From positions 870,001 through 902,000 of the forward strand of contig NZ_CP013011.1 in assembly GCF_001412615.1 (NCBI RefSeq): DNA of 32,000 bases. Direction: 5' to 3'. The translations under genes were made by a program, and so were the position numbers. The DNA is from Pyrodictium delaneyi. GTDB taxonomy: Archaea > Thermoproteota > Thermoprotei_A > Sulfolobales > Pyrodictiaceae. Positions 16,657 to 24,654 of the stretch are shown piece after piece (the first letter of the stretch is position 1; every line of letters begins with the position of its first letter). The notes below the pieces were generated by a model that ran no database searches, was not told the origin of the DNA, and saw only the letters and a program-made list of their open reading frames with translations.

Positions 16657-17325
16657 CTAGGAGGCTAGGAGTAGCGCGATAACCCCTGGTGCTACTAGTG
16701 TTACCACCAAGCCATGCGTTAGGGCTACTGTCGCCTCGTACGCTCCGCCGTGGAGAGCCACCACTGGGAGCCCGGTATCCATGGTGGTTGCTCCACCTAC
16801 CGCTATGGCTTCTAGCCGTAGACCGCGGCGGGCGAACACCGGGTATAGGGCTATGTGGAGGCTCTCCCTGAGCAGGTTGGAGAGGAACGCTACTACACCG
16901 TAGACGGGGTCTACCCGGGCTATGGCCGGGCCTGCGAGGCTATACCAGCCCGCCGCTGCGCCCAGAGCAGCAGCCACCTTCGGAGGCATAGTGCCAGTTA
17001 TAGCCGCTAGTACTGCTGCAGCCGCCGCGCTAGAGGCTGTAGTAGATGCAGCGAGGAAGAGGCCCTGGAGCCCCGCCTGGCGGAGGCGGAGCCGCTGCGC
17101 AGGCAGCTGTCCGCCTATAGCTACACCCGCTGCGAATACGAGGACTATGAGGAGCGTGTCGACGACTCCAGGCGGCGGTGTGTAGCCCATGTGGCCGAGG
17201 AGTATGCCGGCCAGGAGAACCAGCAGTGTCGAGAGGGGCTGCAGTAAGGCGCTGGGCTTCACCGCTCTAGGCACCCCTTGCCCAAGGGGCCCGGCAAGGG
17301 CCGAATAAAGAGGCGGGTCTACCAC
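16657..17325 (-). CDS. lysO: LysO/DUF340-family exporter, large subunit or half
   Basis: 222 aa and polytopic. AAGWYSLAGPAI resembles the GGWYSLSG motif of YbjE/LysO. Confidence 0.7.
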   Translation of the reverse strand: MVDPPLYSALAGPLGQGVPRAVKPSALLQPLSTLLVLLAGILLGHMGYTPPPGVVDTLLIVLVFAAGVAIGGQLPAQRLRLRQAGLQGLFLAASTTASSAAAAAVLAAITGTMPPKVAAALGAAAGWYSLAGPAIARVDPVYGVVAFLSNLLRESLHIALYPVFARRGLRLEAIAVGGATTMDTGLPVVALHGGAYEATVALTHGLVVTLVAPGVIALLLAS

Positions 17326-17367
17326 TCTAGCCTGCTGCGCGGGCTAACAGTTTAGAGTATGGGCTAG

Positions 17368-17748
17368 TTGTGGCCTCCGACTGGTGTAGCCATCTTGGAC
17401 TGCAGGGAGGTCTTGGAGGGCGTCTGCTCCAGGATAACTTACTGTAGCAGAGACCTTGTCGTCATGGAGTCCCGGATTCAGCGTGGCGCCCGCGTACCCA
17501 AGCACAGCCATGGCTCGGTGCAAGCGACGTTCTGTCTCGCCGGGAGGCTCCTGCTCGGGATAGAGGGCCGTGGGGAGAGGGTGCTGAGCCCCGGCGACTA
17601 CGAGGTAATACCCCCAGGTGTCCCGCATTGGGCCGTGGCCCTCGAGGACAGCCTGGTGGTCGACGTTAACGCGCCCCTAACGAGGGACCGGCTGGAGCTG
17701 GCCCGGAGGCTCGGGGCGGACTGCCCGGAGGAACCACGCGGGGCCTAG
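17368..17748 (+). CDS. Cupin-domain protein
   Basis: 126 aa with a TTG start. Cupin motif 1 is PKHSHGSVQATFCLAG and motif 2 is GDYEVIPPGVPHWAV. The start position is uncertain. Confidence 0.65.
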   Translation: MWPPTGVAILDCREVLEGVCSRITYCSRDLVVMESRIQRGARVPKHSHGSVQATFCLAGRLLLGIEGRGERVLSPGDYEVIPPGVPHWAVALEDSLVVDVNAPLTRDRLELARRLGADCPEEPRGA

Positions 17749-18035
17749 CGTCTATCCCTACGAGTGAGCCGGAGGACGAGGACAGCAGCCGCGAGACTAG
17801 CAGCCGCTGTCACGGCAGCATAGGCTATGCTCGAGAAGGCTATACTTGCTAGCATCTCGCGGCTGCTCCCTCTCAGGCTGCTCCCCGCTTCTACGCCAAC
17901 TGTGAAGACTATCCCGTAGACCATCAAGAAGAGCGCCCCGTCCACAGCGCGGCCTAGTCTACGGTAGAGCCCCCGCCGGGCCAAGAGGAGTCCAAGGACT
18001 ACTCCGGCGGCCAGCGCGGCAGCGAGTAGCAGCAT
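17745..18035 (-). CDS. LysO/DUF340-family small membrane protein (N-terminal half)
   Basis: 96 aa with three hydrophobic helices. Its size and position are typical of the small DUF340 partner of a split LysO. Confidence 0.55.
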   Translation of the reverse strand: MLLLAAALAAGVVLGLLLARRGLYRRLGRAVDGALFLMVYGIVFTVGVEAGSSLRGSSREMLASIAFSSIAYAAVTAAASLAAAVLVLRLTRRDRR

Positions 18036-18087
18036 CCCTCCGCCAGCCCCGTAGCCCTACTGGACACACAAGCCCCGTGAAGAAGGG

Positions 18088-18807
18088 CTAGGCGTGCTCT
18101 AGCTCGCTGCAGCTCTGCCAGCCTAGGAGACCTAGGAGCCTCTGCACCTCCCGGACCGCCGCCTCCAGCCTCGTCTGCTCCACCCCGGGCACCCCAGCTG
18201 CTAGTATGAGGATGCATCTGGTCTCGGGGCGTATCATCGTCTCCCTGCTATCGCGGTGCGGGTAGAGGTGCATCACGACGTCCCGCGAGTCGATCATTAT
18301 CGGCGTGCCCTTCTCGAGCCGCTCCGGGTCCCCACCTATGGGGTGGAACTCCTCTCCGCCCTGGGCTAGGGTTATCCTAGCGGGTGGCTGGAACTGCCCA
18401 GCATCGTAGAGGCCTATAGGCACCATGTACCGGGCCGACGCTATGTTGCCCGCGTCCACAACCGGGTTTATCCTCGGCCAGCGGCCCCGCAGCGCCCTCC
18501 TCACCAGAGCCTCGCTGCTAGGCCGGGTCTTCGTCGGGTCTATGCCTATCCTCCAGTAGAAGTCACGGTACGCCCGGACCACCGGATCGTTCCTTAGGGT
18601 CTCAAGGCTATAGCGGCTCTTGAGCTCCTCAAGAAGCCGCTCCTCCTCGGCCCGTAGCGGCCCAGGGTCAAGCTCGCTGACCGGTTTACCCCACGCGAGA
18701 CTGTAGGCTACGCGTATACCCAGCCCCCTTGCAGGCTCCTCGACGACAACGATTCCCTTTAGCTCTCTGCAGAACTCCTCACAGCTAGCCACACCGCAAC
18801 ACCCCAA
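18088..18807 (-). CDS. B3/B4 tRNA-binding-domain protein (PheRS-beta B3/4-like, stand-alone)
   Basis: 239 aa. RNDPVVRAYRDFYWRIGIDPTKTRPSSEALVRR...INPVVDAGNIASARYMVPIGLYD matches the B3_4 domain pattern. Confidence 0.75.
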   Translation of the reverse strand: MGCCGVASCEEFCRELKGIVVVEEPARGLGIRVAYSLAWGKPVSELDPGPLRAEEERLLEELKSRYSLETLRNDPVVRAYRDFYWRIGIDPTKTRPSSEALVRRALRGRWPRINPVVDAGNIASARYMVPIGLYDAGQFQPPARITLAQGGEEFHPIGGDPERLEKGTPIMIDSRDVVMHLYPHRDSRETMIRPETRCILILAAGVPGVEQTRLEAAVREVQRLLGLLGWQSCSELEHA

Positions 18808-19105
18808 GAGACGACTGCAAGGAAGCTACAGAGGGGAACAAAACGACCACTCCTTAAACTGTCCACGCCCCTACACAGCCACAGCCATGCCAAGGCTAAG
18901 TGCCGAACCACTATACCAGTTTCCCGCCCACCATCACAACCTTGAGAAAGAATTACAAGGAAATAGATCTTGAGCTATAGAAGGCCTTTCAACATCAAAT
19001 GTGCCGGCTTAGGGAAGAGGAGAGTAGTATCCACGGGCATCAAAGTTACTAGTAGAGTACGTATAGATGCATAAAGTGGGATTGATTATTGTTTAGGGTC
19101 TGCCT

Positions 19106-19110
19106 AAAAA
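19106..19110 (-). terminator. Oligo-T tract just after the stop of the 858-aa gene
   Basis: The minus strand reads TAA-CCCACC-TTTTT. The T5 tract begins 7 nt after the stop codon, which fits an archaeal oligo-T terminator. Confidence 0.4.
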
Positions 19111-19116
19111 GGTGGG

Positions 19117-21693
19117 TTAGGAGGCTCTTCTCACCATAAGGTAGGCTATCGCGGCACCAATTACCACGCCGAGTATGAGGGCTGGCGCTGCTGTCGCCGC
19201 GCCTCCACCAACTGTTACCTTCTTCTCGACTATCTTCTCGCTGGTTATTGTCGACGTCTCTGTCGTTGTTACAGTGGTTGTTGCTGTCTTCGTGACTGGC
19301 TGTGTCACGGTGGCTGTATGGGTTACAGTGTCTGTCTTTACTAGTGTTGTTGTCACTGTGACTGTTGTTGTCTCTACTGTCTCGGGCATAGCTAGGCTCT
19401 TTACGGTGGTGTCAATCCAGACTGGGTTTGTCATTGCTAGCTTTCCTGCCGTGTCGTAGACTATTACCTGTACCCAGGGCTGGCCTGGTGTTGCTAGCAC
19501 CTCTTCTGCTGGTAGCTCTAGTGCTAGTTCTCTGTGCTGCTCTCCGTTGAACTGGATCTGTTTGACTGGCTTACCGTTGGCTACTACCACGAGCTTCTTG
19601 AGGCCGTTGACCGCCCATAGATCTAGTTCTAGTACTATCTTCCCGTCCTCGGGTGCTATCGTGCTACCCGGTAGCGGGTACATGAACACCATGGGCCCGT
19701 AGGTTATGAATGTGTGTCCGTGCCTCTCGGCCATAGCGAATGCTTCAACTGTAGCTGTCCTTCCTAGGTAAGCGCATACGCGTGGACTGCCGGTTGTGAA
19801 GCCGCTCCATATGTCGTGGGTGTCGCTTCCAGCTGTGAGGTAGTAGCGGATGTTGTTACTCCACATCTTCCATAGGAGTGTTACTGTCTGGTTGTCAGTC
19901 TTATCCCACCTGCCGTTTATCTCGACGTTAGTGTAGAATGGATTATAAATTCCTGGGAGTTTGTCGTCAAGCCAGCTCTCCCAGTATCCTCCCCGGAACG
20001 GGTGGTTTACGCGGATTACTAGTGCCCCTGCTTCCCAGGCGTCCTCTATGAGGCTCTCCGGGGTATCCTTGTTGATCGTCCTGGTGACGGGGTAGGGGTT
20101 GAAGTGACCCCATCCCGGCGATACTTCTATACTTGGTATGAATGGCATGCCCCGGGTCTCTGCCCACTTGGCTATCTCAGCCTGGTTAGCTACACTGTCA
20201 TGGTCGCTGACGAAGGCGAAGTCTAGGCCTGCTGCGCTCTGAGCTACGACCAGGTAGGGCGGCGGGGTTCTGCCGTCAGCTATGTCGCTGTGGTGGTGGA
20301 GGTCGGCACAGTAGTAGCCGTACTGGTTGGGATCTACGAGGATTTTTACCTCCACGGTCTTCTCGATTGTCTCGCCTGGCTTCACCTCGACGTTTGTGAG
20401 CACGACCGGCTTGGCTAGGAAGCCCCCAGCATGGTTCACAGTGATGTTGTAGACGCCGGGCGCCAGCTCTACTATCGCCTCTCCCTGCTTCTCAGGGAGC
20501 GTGTAGAAGATGCGGCTGCCCAGGAACATTAGTGGCGGTTTCTCGCCGCCCTCGGGGAGGACCGCAGCATCTAGGGGTCTGCCTGTGTCTGCGTCGCGTA
20601 TGTGGAGTATCAGTTTGCCGCTGGGCTTTAGGTCGGTGAAGTCTACACGGGCCTCAGCGCCCACCTCTACTGTGACTGAGTGCTTGCTGCTGGGCCCGTA
20701 GCCCTCTGCCCAGGCCTGGAGCGCGTAGCTGCCGGATGGCAGTGCAATGGTGTACTCGGGCTTCTCGCTATAGCCCCAGCAGAACGGCTTCCCCGTCGAG
20801 AGGAAAGCGACTATGTACGCGGGTGCTACTGGCTCGCCGCCAGCAGCTACTGTGCCCGCAACAGTGCCAGTCTCGCCAGCAGCCTCTGCGGCGACGGCAC
20901 ATGAGTTGGGCTCGGGCAGGAATACTAGCTTAGCCGTATAGACTCTGGTCTCGCCCGGCTGTATAGTGGCTATGGTGAGCGGGTCTACCCATGAGGTGCT
21001 GGTCGAGAGGTGTGTGTAGTACGGCGCTATGAGGCCAATTGTGTAGTCCTTATGGTAGCCTACAACCCACTTAGCGTCCTCGGGTATGCCTAGCTCTGCT
21101 AGGGGCGTCGGCTTGTAGTGTTTACCCGTGCCGAATCCTGGGCTAAAGGTCCAGCCTCTCTCAAGACTCATAGCAAAGCCTTGTACAAGGTTCTCTAACG
21201 CCTTGTCGCCAGTGTTGGTCACCTCCGCCGTGATTACCAGGTAGGGCTTGTCGGACGGCAGGTAGAATGTTATCTCCACCTTTAGGGTCTCCCAGTACCC
21301 GACCTCCCGGAGCCAGACCCCCGTCTCGTTGCTGCCATACTCTATGCTCTCTAAGTCTATCTTGGGCCAGCGGCCCCACCCGTTAGCTAGGAAGCTGAAC
21401 TGGGCCAGGGTGTCCTGGAGGATCTCACCATTCTCTACCGGGGCAGCATCGACAATGAAGCCGCGGGGCACGCCCCACGGCGGGCTAGTGCTTATACCGA
21501 ATGTGACTGCAAGATATTGGTTCATAAGCGTAATATCATGCTCGCCGTTAGCCTCACCCTCCGGTATCGGGGTAGGGCCTACGATTATCTTTGCCCCGGT
21601 CTCAGGGGACGATGCGGCCGCTGTGAGGGGGGACACCGCCGAGAGGGCTGCTAGAACTAGTAGGAGAAGGGCCCACATCCTCACCGGCGCCAC
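19117..21693 (-). CDS. Secreted, membrane-anchored PHP-domain metallohydrolase (CehA/McbA-like) with N-terminal beta-rich modules
   Basis: 858 aa.
- Signal peptide MWALLLLVLAALSAVSPLTAAAS. The likely true start is the ATG at 21678, preceded by GGTGAGG.
- Carboxypeptidase-regulatory-like repeats: GTVAGTV...YALQAWAEGYG and LILHIRDADTGRPL.
- PHP motifs YYCADLHHHSDIADG and FAFVSDHD.
- C-terminal Thr-rich stalk (TTTVTVTTTLVKTDTVTHTATVTQPVTKTATTTVTTTETST) and TM anchor with a basic tail (LILGVVIGAAIAYLMVRRAS). Confidence 0.8.
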   Translation of the reverse strand: MAPVRMWALLLLVLAALSAVSPLTAAASSPETGAKIIVGPTPIPEGEANGEHDITLMNQYLAVTFGISTSPPWGVPRGFIVDAAPVENGEILQDTLAQFSFLANGWGRWPKIDLESIEYGSNETGVWLREVGYWETLKVEITFYLPSDKPYLVITAEVTNTGDKALENLVQGFAMSLERGWTFSPGFGTGKHYKPTPLAELGIPEDAKWVVGYHKDYTIGLIAPYYTHLSTSTSWVDPLTIATIQPGETRVYTAKLVFLPEPNSCAVAAEAAGETGTVAGTVAAGGEPVAPAYIVAFLSTGKPFCWGYSEKPEYTIALPSGSYALQAWAEGYGPSSKHSVTVEVGAEARVDFTDLKPSGKLILHIRDADTGRPLDAAVLPEGGEKPPLMFLGSRIFYTLPEKQGEAIVELAPGVYNITVNHAGGFLAKPVVLTNVEVKPGETIEKTVEVKILVDPNQYGYYCADLHHHSDIADGRTPPPYLVVAQSAAGLDFAFVSDHDSVANQAEIAKWAETRGMPFIPSIEVSPGWGHFNPYPVTRTINKDTPESLIEDAWEAGALVIRVNHPFRGGYWESWLDDKLPGIYNPFYTNVEINGRWDKTDNQTVTLLWKMWSNNIRYYLTAGSDTHDIWSGFTTGSPRVCAYLGRTATVEAFAMAERHGHTFITYGPMVFMYPLPGSTIAPEDGKIVLELDLWAVNGLKKLVVVANGKPVKQIQFNGEQHRELALELPAEEVLATPGQPWVQVIVYDTAGKLAMTNPVWIDTTVKSLAMPETVETTTVTVTTTLVKTDTVTHTATVTQPVTKTATTTVTTTETSTITSEKIVEKKVTVGGGAATAAPALILGVVIGAAIAYLMVRRAS

Positions 21694-21903
21694 CTCCGAT
21701 AACTTACACAGGGAGAGATGTGGGGGACATAATAATGCTAGTCTTGCCCACTACATAAAATGAACTATCATGAAGCTCCGCGGGCTACACGTTGGCAGGC
21801 CTTTACGAAACCAAGCTGGCTCACAAGAGGGTATTACTTCACCGCTGTACCATGTTTCTTACTATTTAACTGCACGGCCGAGCGCTAGTGCAGGATCAGA
21901 GTT

Positions 21904-23271
21904 TCACTGCTGGAGCCATGTTTGGGGTTCGCCTTCCCGCCTCCATCCACCGGCTAGGATTAGGCGGAGGGCCTCAGCCTCGTCTATGCCCTGGTGCTCG
22001 GCTACCGCCTTCGCCAGCTTTCTGTACCACCAGGGGTGCAAGTGGTACGCGATGTGTATCTCGTAGAGGTGCATTGCCGGGCAGGCTATGCAGCCTATCC
22101 TCGTGAGACCGTAGTGGTATAACTGGCTGAGGGGGATCCCGCGCTCAGCGAGGTATAGCTGGACTACTAGCCGGGGCCAGTGGTGTATCGGCAGCGCCCG
22201 TGCCACGCCGGGTATGAGGGGGTTCTGGCCGAGCCTCGGCGTCCGGGCCCGGTTTGTGCTCTCCCAGCGCCGGGCTCCGTCGAGGACGAGCTTTGCGCCG
22301 ACGCGGCTGTAGAAGCGGCGGAGAGGTTGGAGCTTGAGTAGCCGGGTGCACCAGCGGTCGTCCCGGGTCATGAGCCCGCGCTTCGCGACCTCCTCTAGGG
22401 GGTCCACGTCGGGCTCTACTACCTCGAGGTCCACGCCTAGTATTGAGGCTATCCGCTCGGCGTGCCTCCTAGCCTCGGGGTACTCCATACCGGTGTCGGC
22501 GTAGACTGCCACGATCCTCTCCGGGCCAAGGGCCTCCCGGGCCAGGCTGAGCACAGCCGTGGAGTCCGCGCCGCCGCTGAAGGCGACGTAGACCCGGCCT
22601 TGGCTCGCCTGTACCCGGGCGTAGGCGCGGCGGATGAACTCCCGGGCCTCGGAGGCAAGGCCGCCCACTATCTCCGCGTTGCGCTCCACTGCTGCGTCTA
22701 GCTCGGCTGGCGGGAGGGGCTTGAGCCCCTGGGGCGCCATGTCCTTGACCTTGACTGTGCACTCCTCCCCGTCTGCTTCGACTACGCGGGCTGGCCCGAC
22801 CCAGCCTCGCGAACCGACTATGACCCAGCGGCGGCCCAGGCAGCTCTCCGGGCTGAGTCGGATCTTCTTCCCCTTTAGCCTGGGCCCGGGGCCGCGGGCC
22901 TCCACGACCCCGGCGCCTAGGCTTGCTGCTAGGCTGGCTAGGGCCCCGCTTGGGTGGAGCACCCATCCCCGCCGGCTATACTCGACCACGCCTAGCCGGA
23001 GGGCTTCCGCGAAGACCTCGGCTGCGTACTCGCCGCTCGGCGCTGGTACTCGGTGGAATACGACTAGCTTATCCCGGAGCCCCGGGTCAGCACCGAAGGC
23101 TAGTCTAGCCAGTGTGTCTAGGAGGCGGCGCTCGTAGCGGCCTGCTAGCCAGTAGTCTCCCCGGACCCGCCAGCACACTTTGCCGGAGCCCCGGCAGCCT
23201 AGCACAGGGACGCTTGGGTCGCGGAGCCAGCCGAGCCTCTCCAGCGCCTCTAGCAGCCCCTGCAGCGCCAT
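21904..23271 (-). CDS. PP-loop ATP pyrophosphatase of the PAPS-reductase family with an uncharacterised ~215-aa N-terminal extension
   Basis: 455 aa. The PP-loop VYVAFSGGADS has SGGADS encoded at 22561-22578 (checked by hand). DDRWCTRLLK, LDGARRWES and C-terminal GCIACP are also present. I recognise no motif in residues 1-215. Confidence 0.8.
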   Translation of the reverse strand: MALQGLLEALERLGWLRDPSVPVLGCRGSGKVCWRVRGDYWLAGRYERRLLDTLARLAFGADPGLRDKLVVFHRVPAPSGEYAAEVFAEALRLGVVEYSRRGWVLHPSGALASLAASLGAGVVEARGPGPRLKGKKIRLSPESCLGRRWVIVGSRGWVGPARVVEADGEECTVKVKDMAPQGLKPLPPAELDAAVERNAEIVGGLASEAREFIRRAYARVQASQGRVYVAFSGGADSTAVLSLAREALGPERIVAVYADTGMEYPEARRHAERIASILGVDLEVVEPDVDPLEEVAKRGLMTRDDRWCTRLLKLQPLRRFYSRVGAKLVLDGARRWESTNRARTPRLGQNPLIPGVARALPIHHWPRLVVQLYLAERGIPLSQLYHYGLTRIGCIACPAMHLYEIHIAYHLHPWWYRKLAKAVAEHQGIDEAEALRLILAGGWRREGEPQTWLQQ

Positions 23272-23303
23272 AGCCGCTGCTCCCCGTCCCCTGGGCCGCC
23301 GGG

Positions 23304-24560
23304 CTACTGCTCCGGGCCCGTTGATAGCAGCTTCTCTACCGCCTCCTCTAGGGCATGGTCGGGTAGACGGCCCTTAGCCTCGACAGTCGCGGCTACGTTG
23401 AAGCCGCAGCCACCGAGCTTCTCGGCTATCTTACGTGCTGCTACTCCTCCCCACGCGTAGGACGACACAACGAGGACACGTTGCCCCGCTGAGGCCTTAC
23501 TGCAGAGCAAGCCCAGCACATAATCCATCAGCGGGAATACGTGGGCCTCGTAGGTGGCGGCGCCAACTACCAGATATCCCGCGTCGAGAGCCTCGCCTAT
23601 CACGTCTGCTATACTAGCCCTCTCAGCGTCTGTGAACCTATAGACCGACACTTCTAGACCCCGTGCCTCCAGCATACCAGCTATACGCTCCATAGCCTCC
23701 TCCACAGCACCGTACATACTTGAATAGACTACCACCGCCCGGCTTCGATCAAGCCGTCCCTGGGCCCAGCCCTTGTAGAGCTCTATAGCTTCCTGTACAT
23801 GCTTCTCTATAACCATACCGTGCAGGGGTGCCAACATCTTGGGCTCTAGTCCTGCAAGCTTATCCAGTGCCTTTGTCACCCAGCTCCTATATGCACCAAT
23901 GATTGTTGCAAAGTATTTCCTCATGAAATAGATGTAGTATTTGAAGACTTCTGGGTTCCCACTATCCACTAGTACGCCGGGCACTGAGTAGGCACCAAAC
24001 GCATCCCCCGTGAAGAGGATCTGCTCGGGCTCCAGTAGGCTCATCATAGTCTCGGGCCAATGGAGCCACGCCGTCTGAATGAAGACCAGCTTTGTGTCGC
24101 CACCGAGGCTTAGCTCTAGGCCGTCCTTTACCGGTTTGAACCTCTCGATGCGGAGCCCGTAGAGGCCCTCAAGCATACCCTTAGCCAGGGGATGCGCGTA
24201 GACCGTGGCACGGCTCGCATGGCCTAGAACCCTTGGGAGTGCACCACTGTGGTCGGGTTCAGCATGCTGAACTACTATGGCGTCGATATCTCTGGGGTCT
24301 ACTATGCGGCGCAGCGCGGAGAGGAAGATGCCCTCGAACCCCTTCTTCACGGTATCAATGAGCACTATGCGCTCTGGCCCGGTAACGATGTAGGCGTTGT
24401 AGGTTACGCCTTCCGGTATCTCCCAGAGGGCCTCGAAGAATCTTATCCTCTCGTCATCTACACGGATCAAATAGACGCTAGGGGATATCTTCTCAACACG
24501 TACACGAGGACCTGTATGAAACACCTCGTGCCCTCTGTGAATGCCGTCATGTCCGCACAA
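23304..24560 (-). CDS. fprA: Flavodiiron protein (FprA-type: metallo-beta-lactamase plus flavodoxin domains)
   Basis: 418 aa. The diiron site is VVQHAEPDHSGAL. The fold also shows TAWLHWPETM, FTGDAFG and the C-terminal flavodoxin-like AVVVYSSMYG...YLVVGAATYE. The start is uncertain (TTG at 24560 or GTG at 24524). Confidence 0.9.
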   Translation of the reverse strand: MCGHDGIHRGHEVFHTGPRVRVEKISPSVYLIRVDDERIRFFEALWEIPEGVTYNAYIVTGPERIVLIDTVKKGFEGIFLSALRRIVDPRDIDAIVVQHAEPDHSGALPRVLGHASRATVYAHPLAKGMLEGLYGLRIERFKPVKDGLELSLGGDTKLVFIQTAWLHWPETMMSLLEPEQILFTGDAFGAYSVPGVLVDSGNPEVFKYYIYFMRKYFATIIGAYRSWVTKALDKLAGLEPKMLAPLHGMVIEKHVQEAIELYKGWAQGRLDRSRAVVVYSSMYGAVEEAMERIAGMLEARGLEVSVYRFTDAERASIADVIGEALDAGYLVVGAATYEAHVFPLMDYVLGLLCSKASAGQRVLVVSSYAWGGVAARKIAEKLGGCGFNVAATVEAKGRLPDHALEEAVEKLLSTGPEQ

Positions 24561-24624
24561 GGTGTAGACTCCTCCGCCACGTGTATAGCCGTGACAAGCC
24601 TAGCATTATATCTTGGCGTCTGCC

Positions 24625-24630
24625 TTTAAT
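24625..24630 (+). promoter_or_regulatory. TATA-like box (TTTAAT) upstream of the HerA-like gene
   Basis: TTTAAT lies 25-30 nt upstream of the GTG at 24655. This spacing is consistent with a leaderless or near-leaderless archaeal transcript. Confidence 0.3.
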
Positions 24631-24654
24631 CTGTGAACCAGGGTTGAGATACTG

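Noticed and set aside
22449-23377. ORFs of 61-167 aa in other frames of the PAPS-reductase-like gene, and similar ORFs across 6777-7535, 9213-10352 and 16689-17185.
   Set aside because: The same reasoning applies. Their Arg/Pro/Gly/Ser-rich composition marks them as shadows of well-supported genes.
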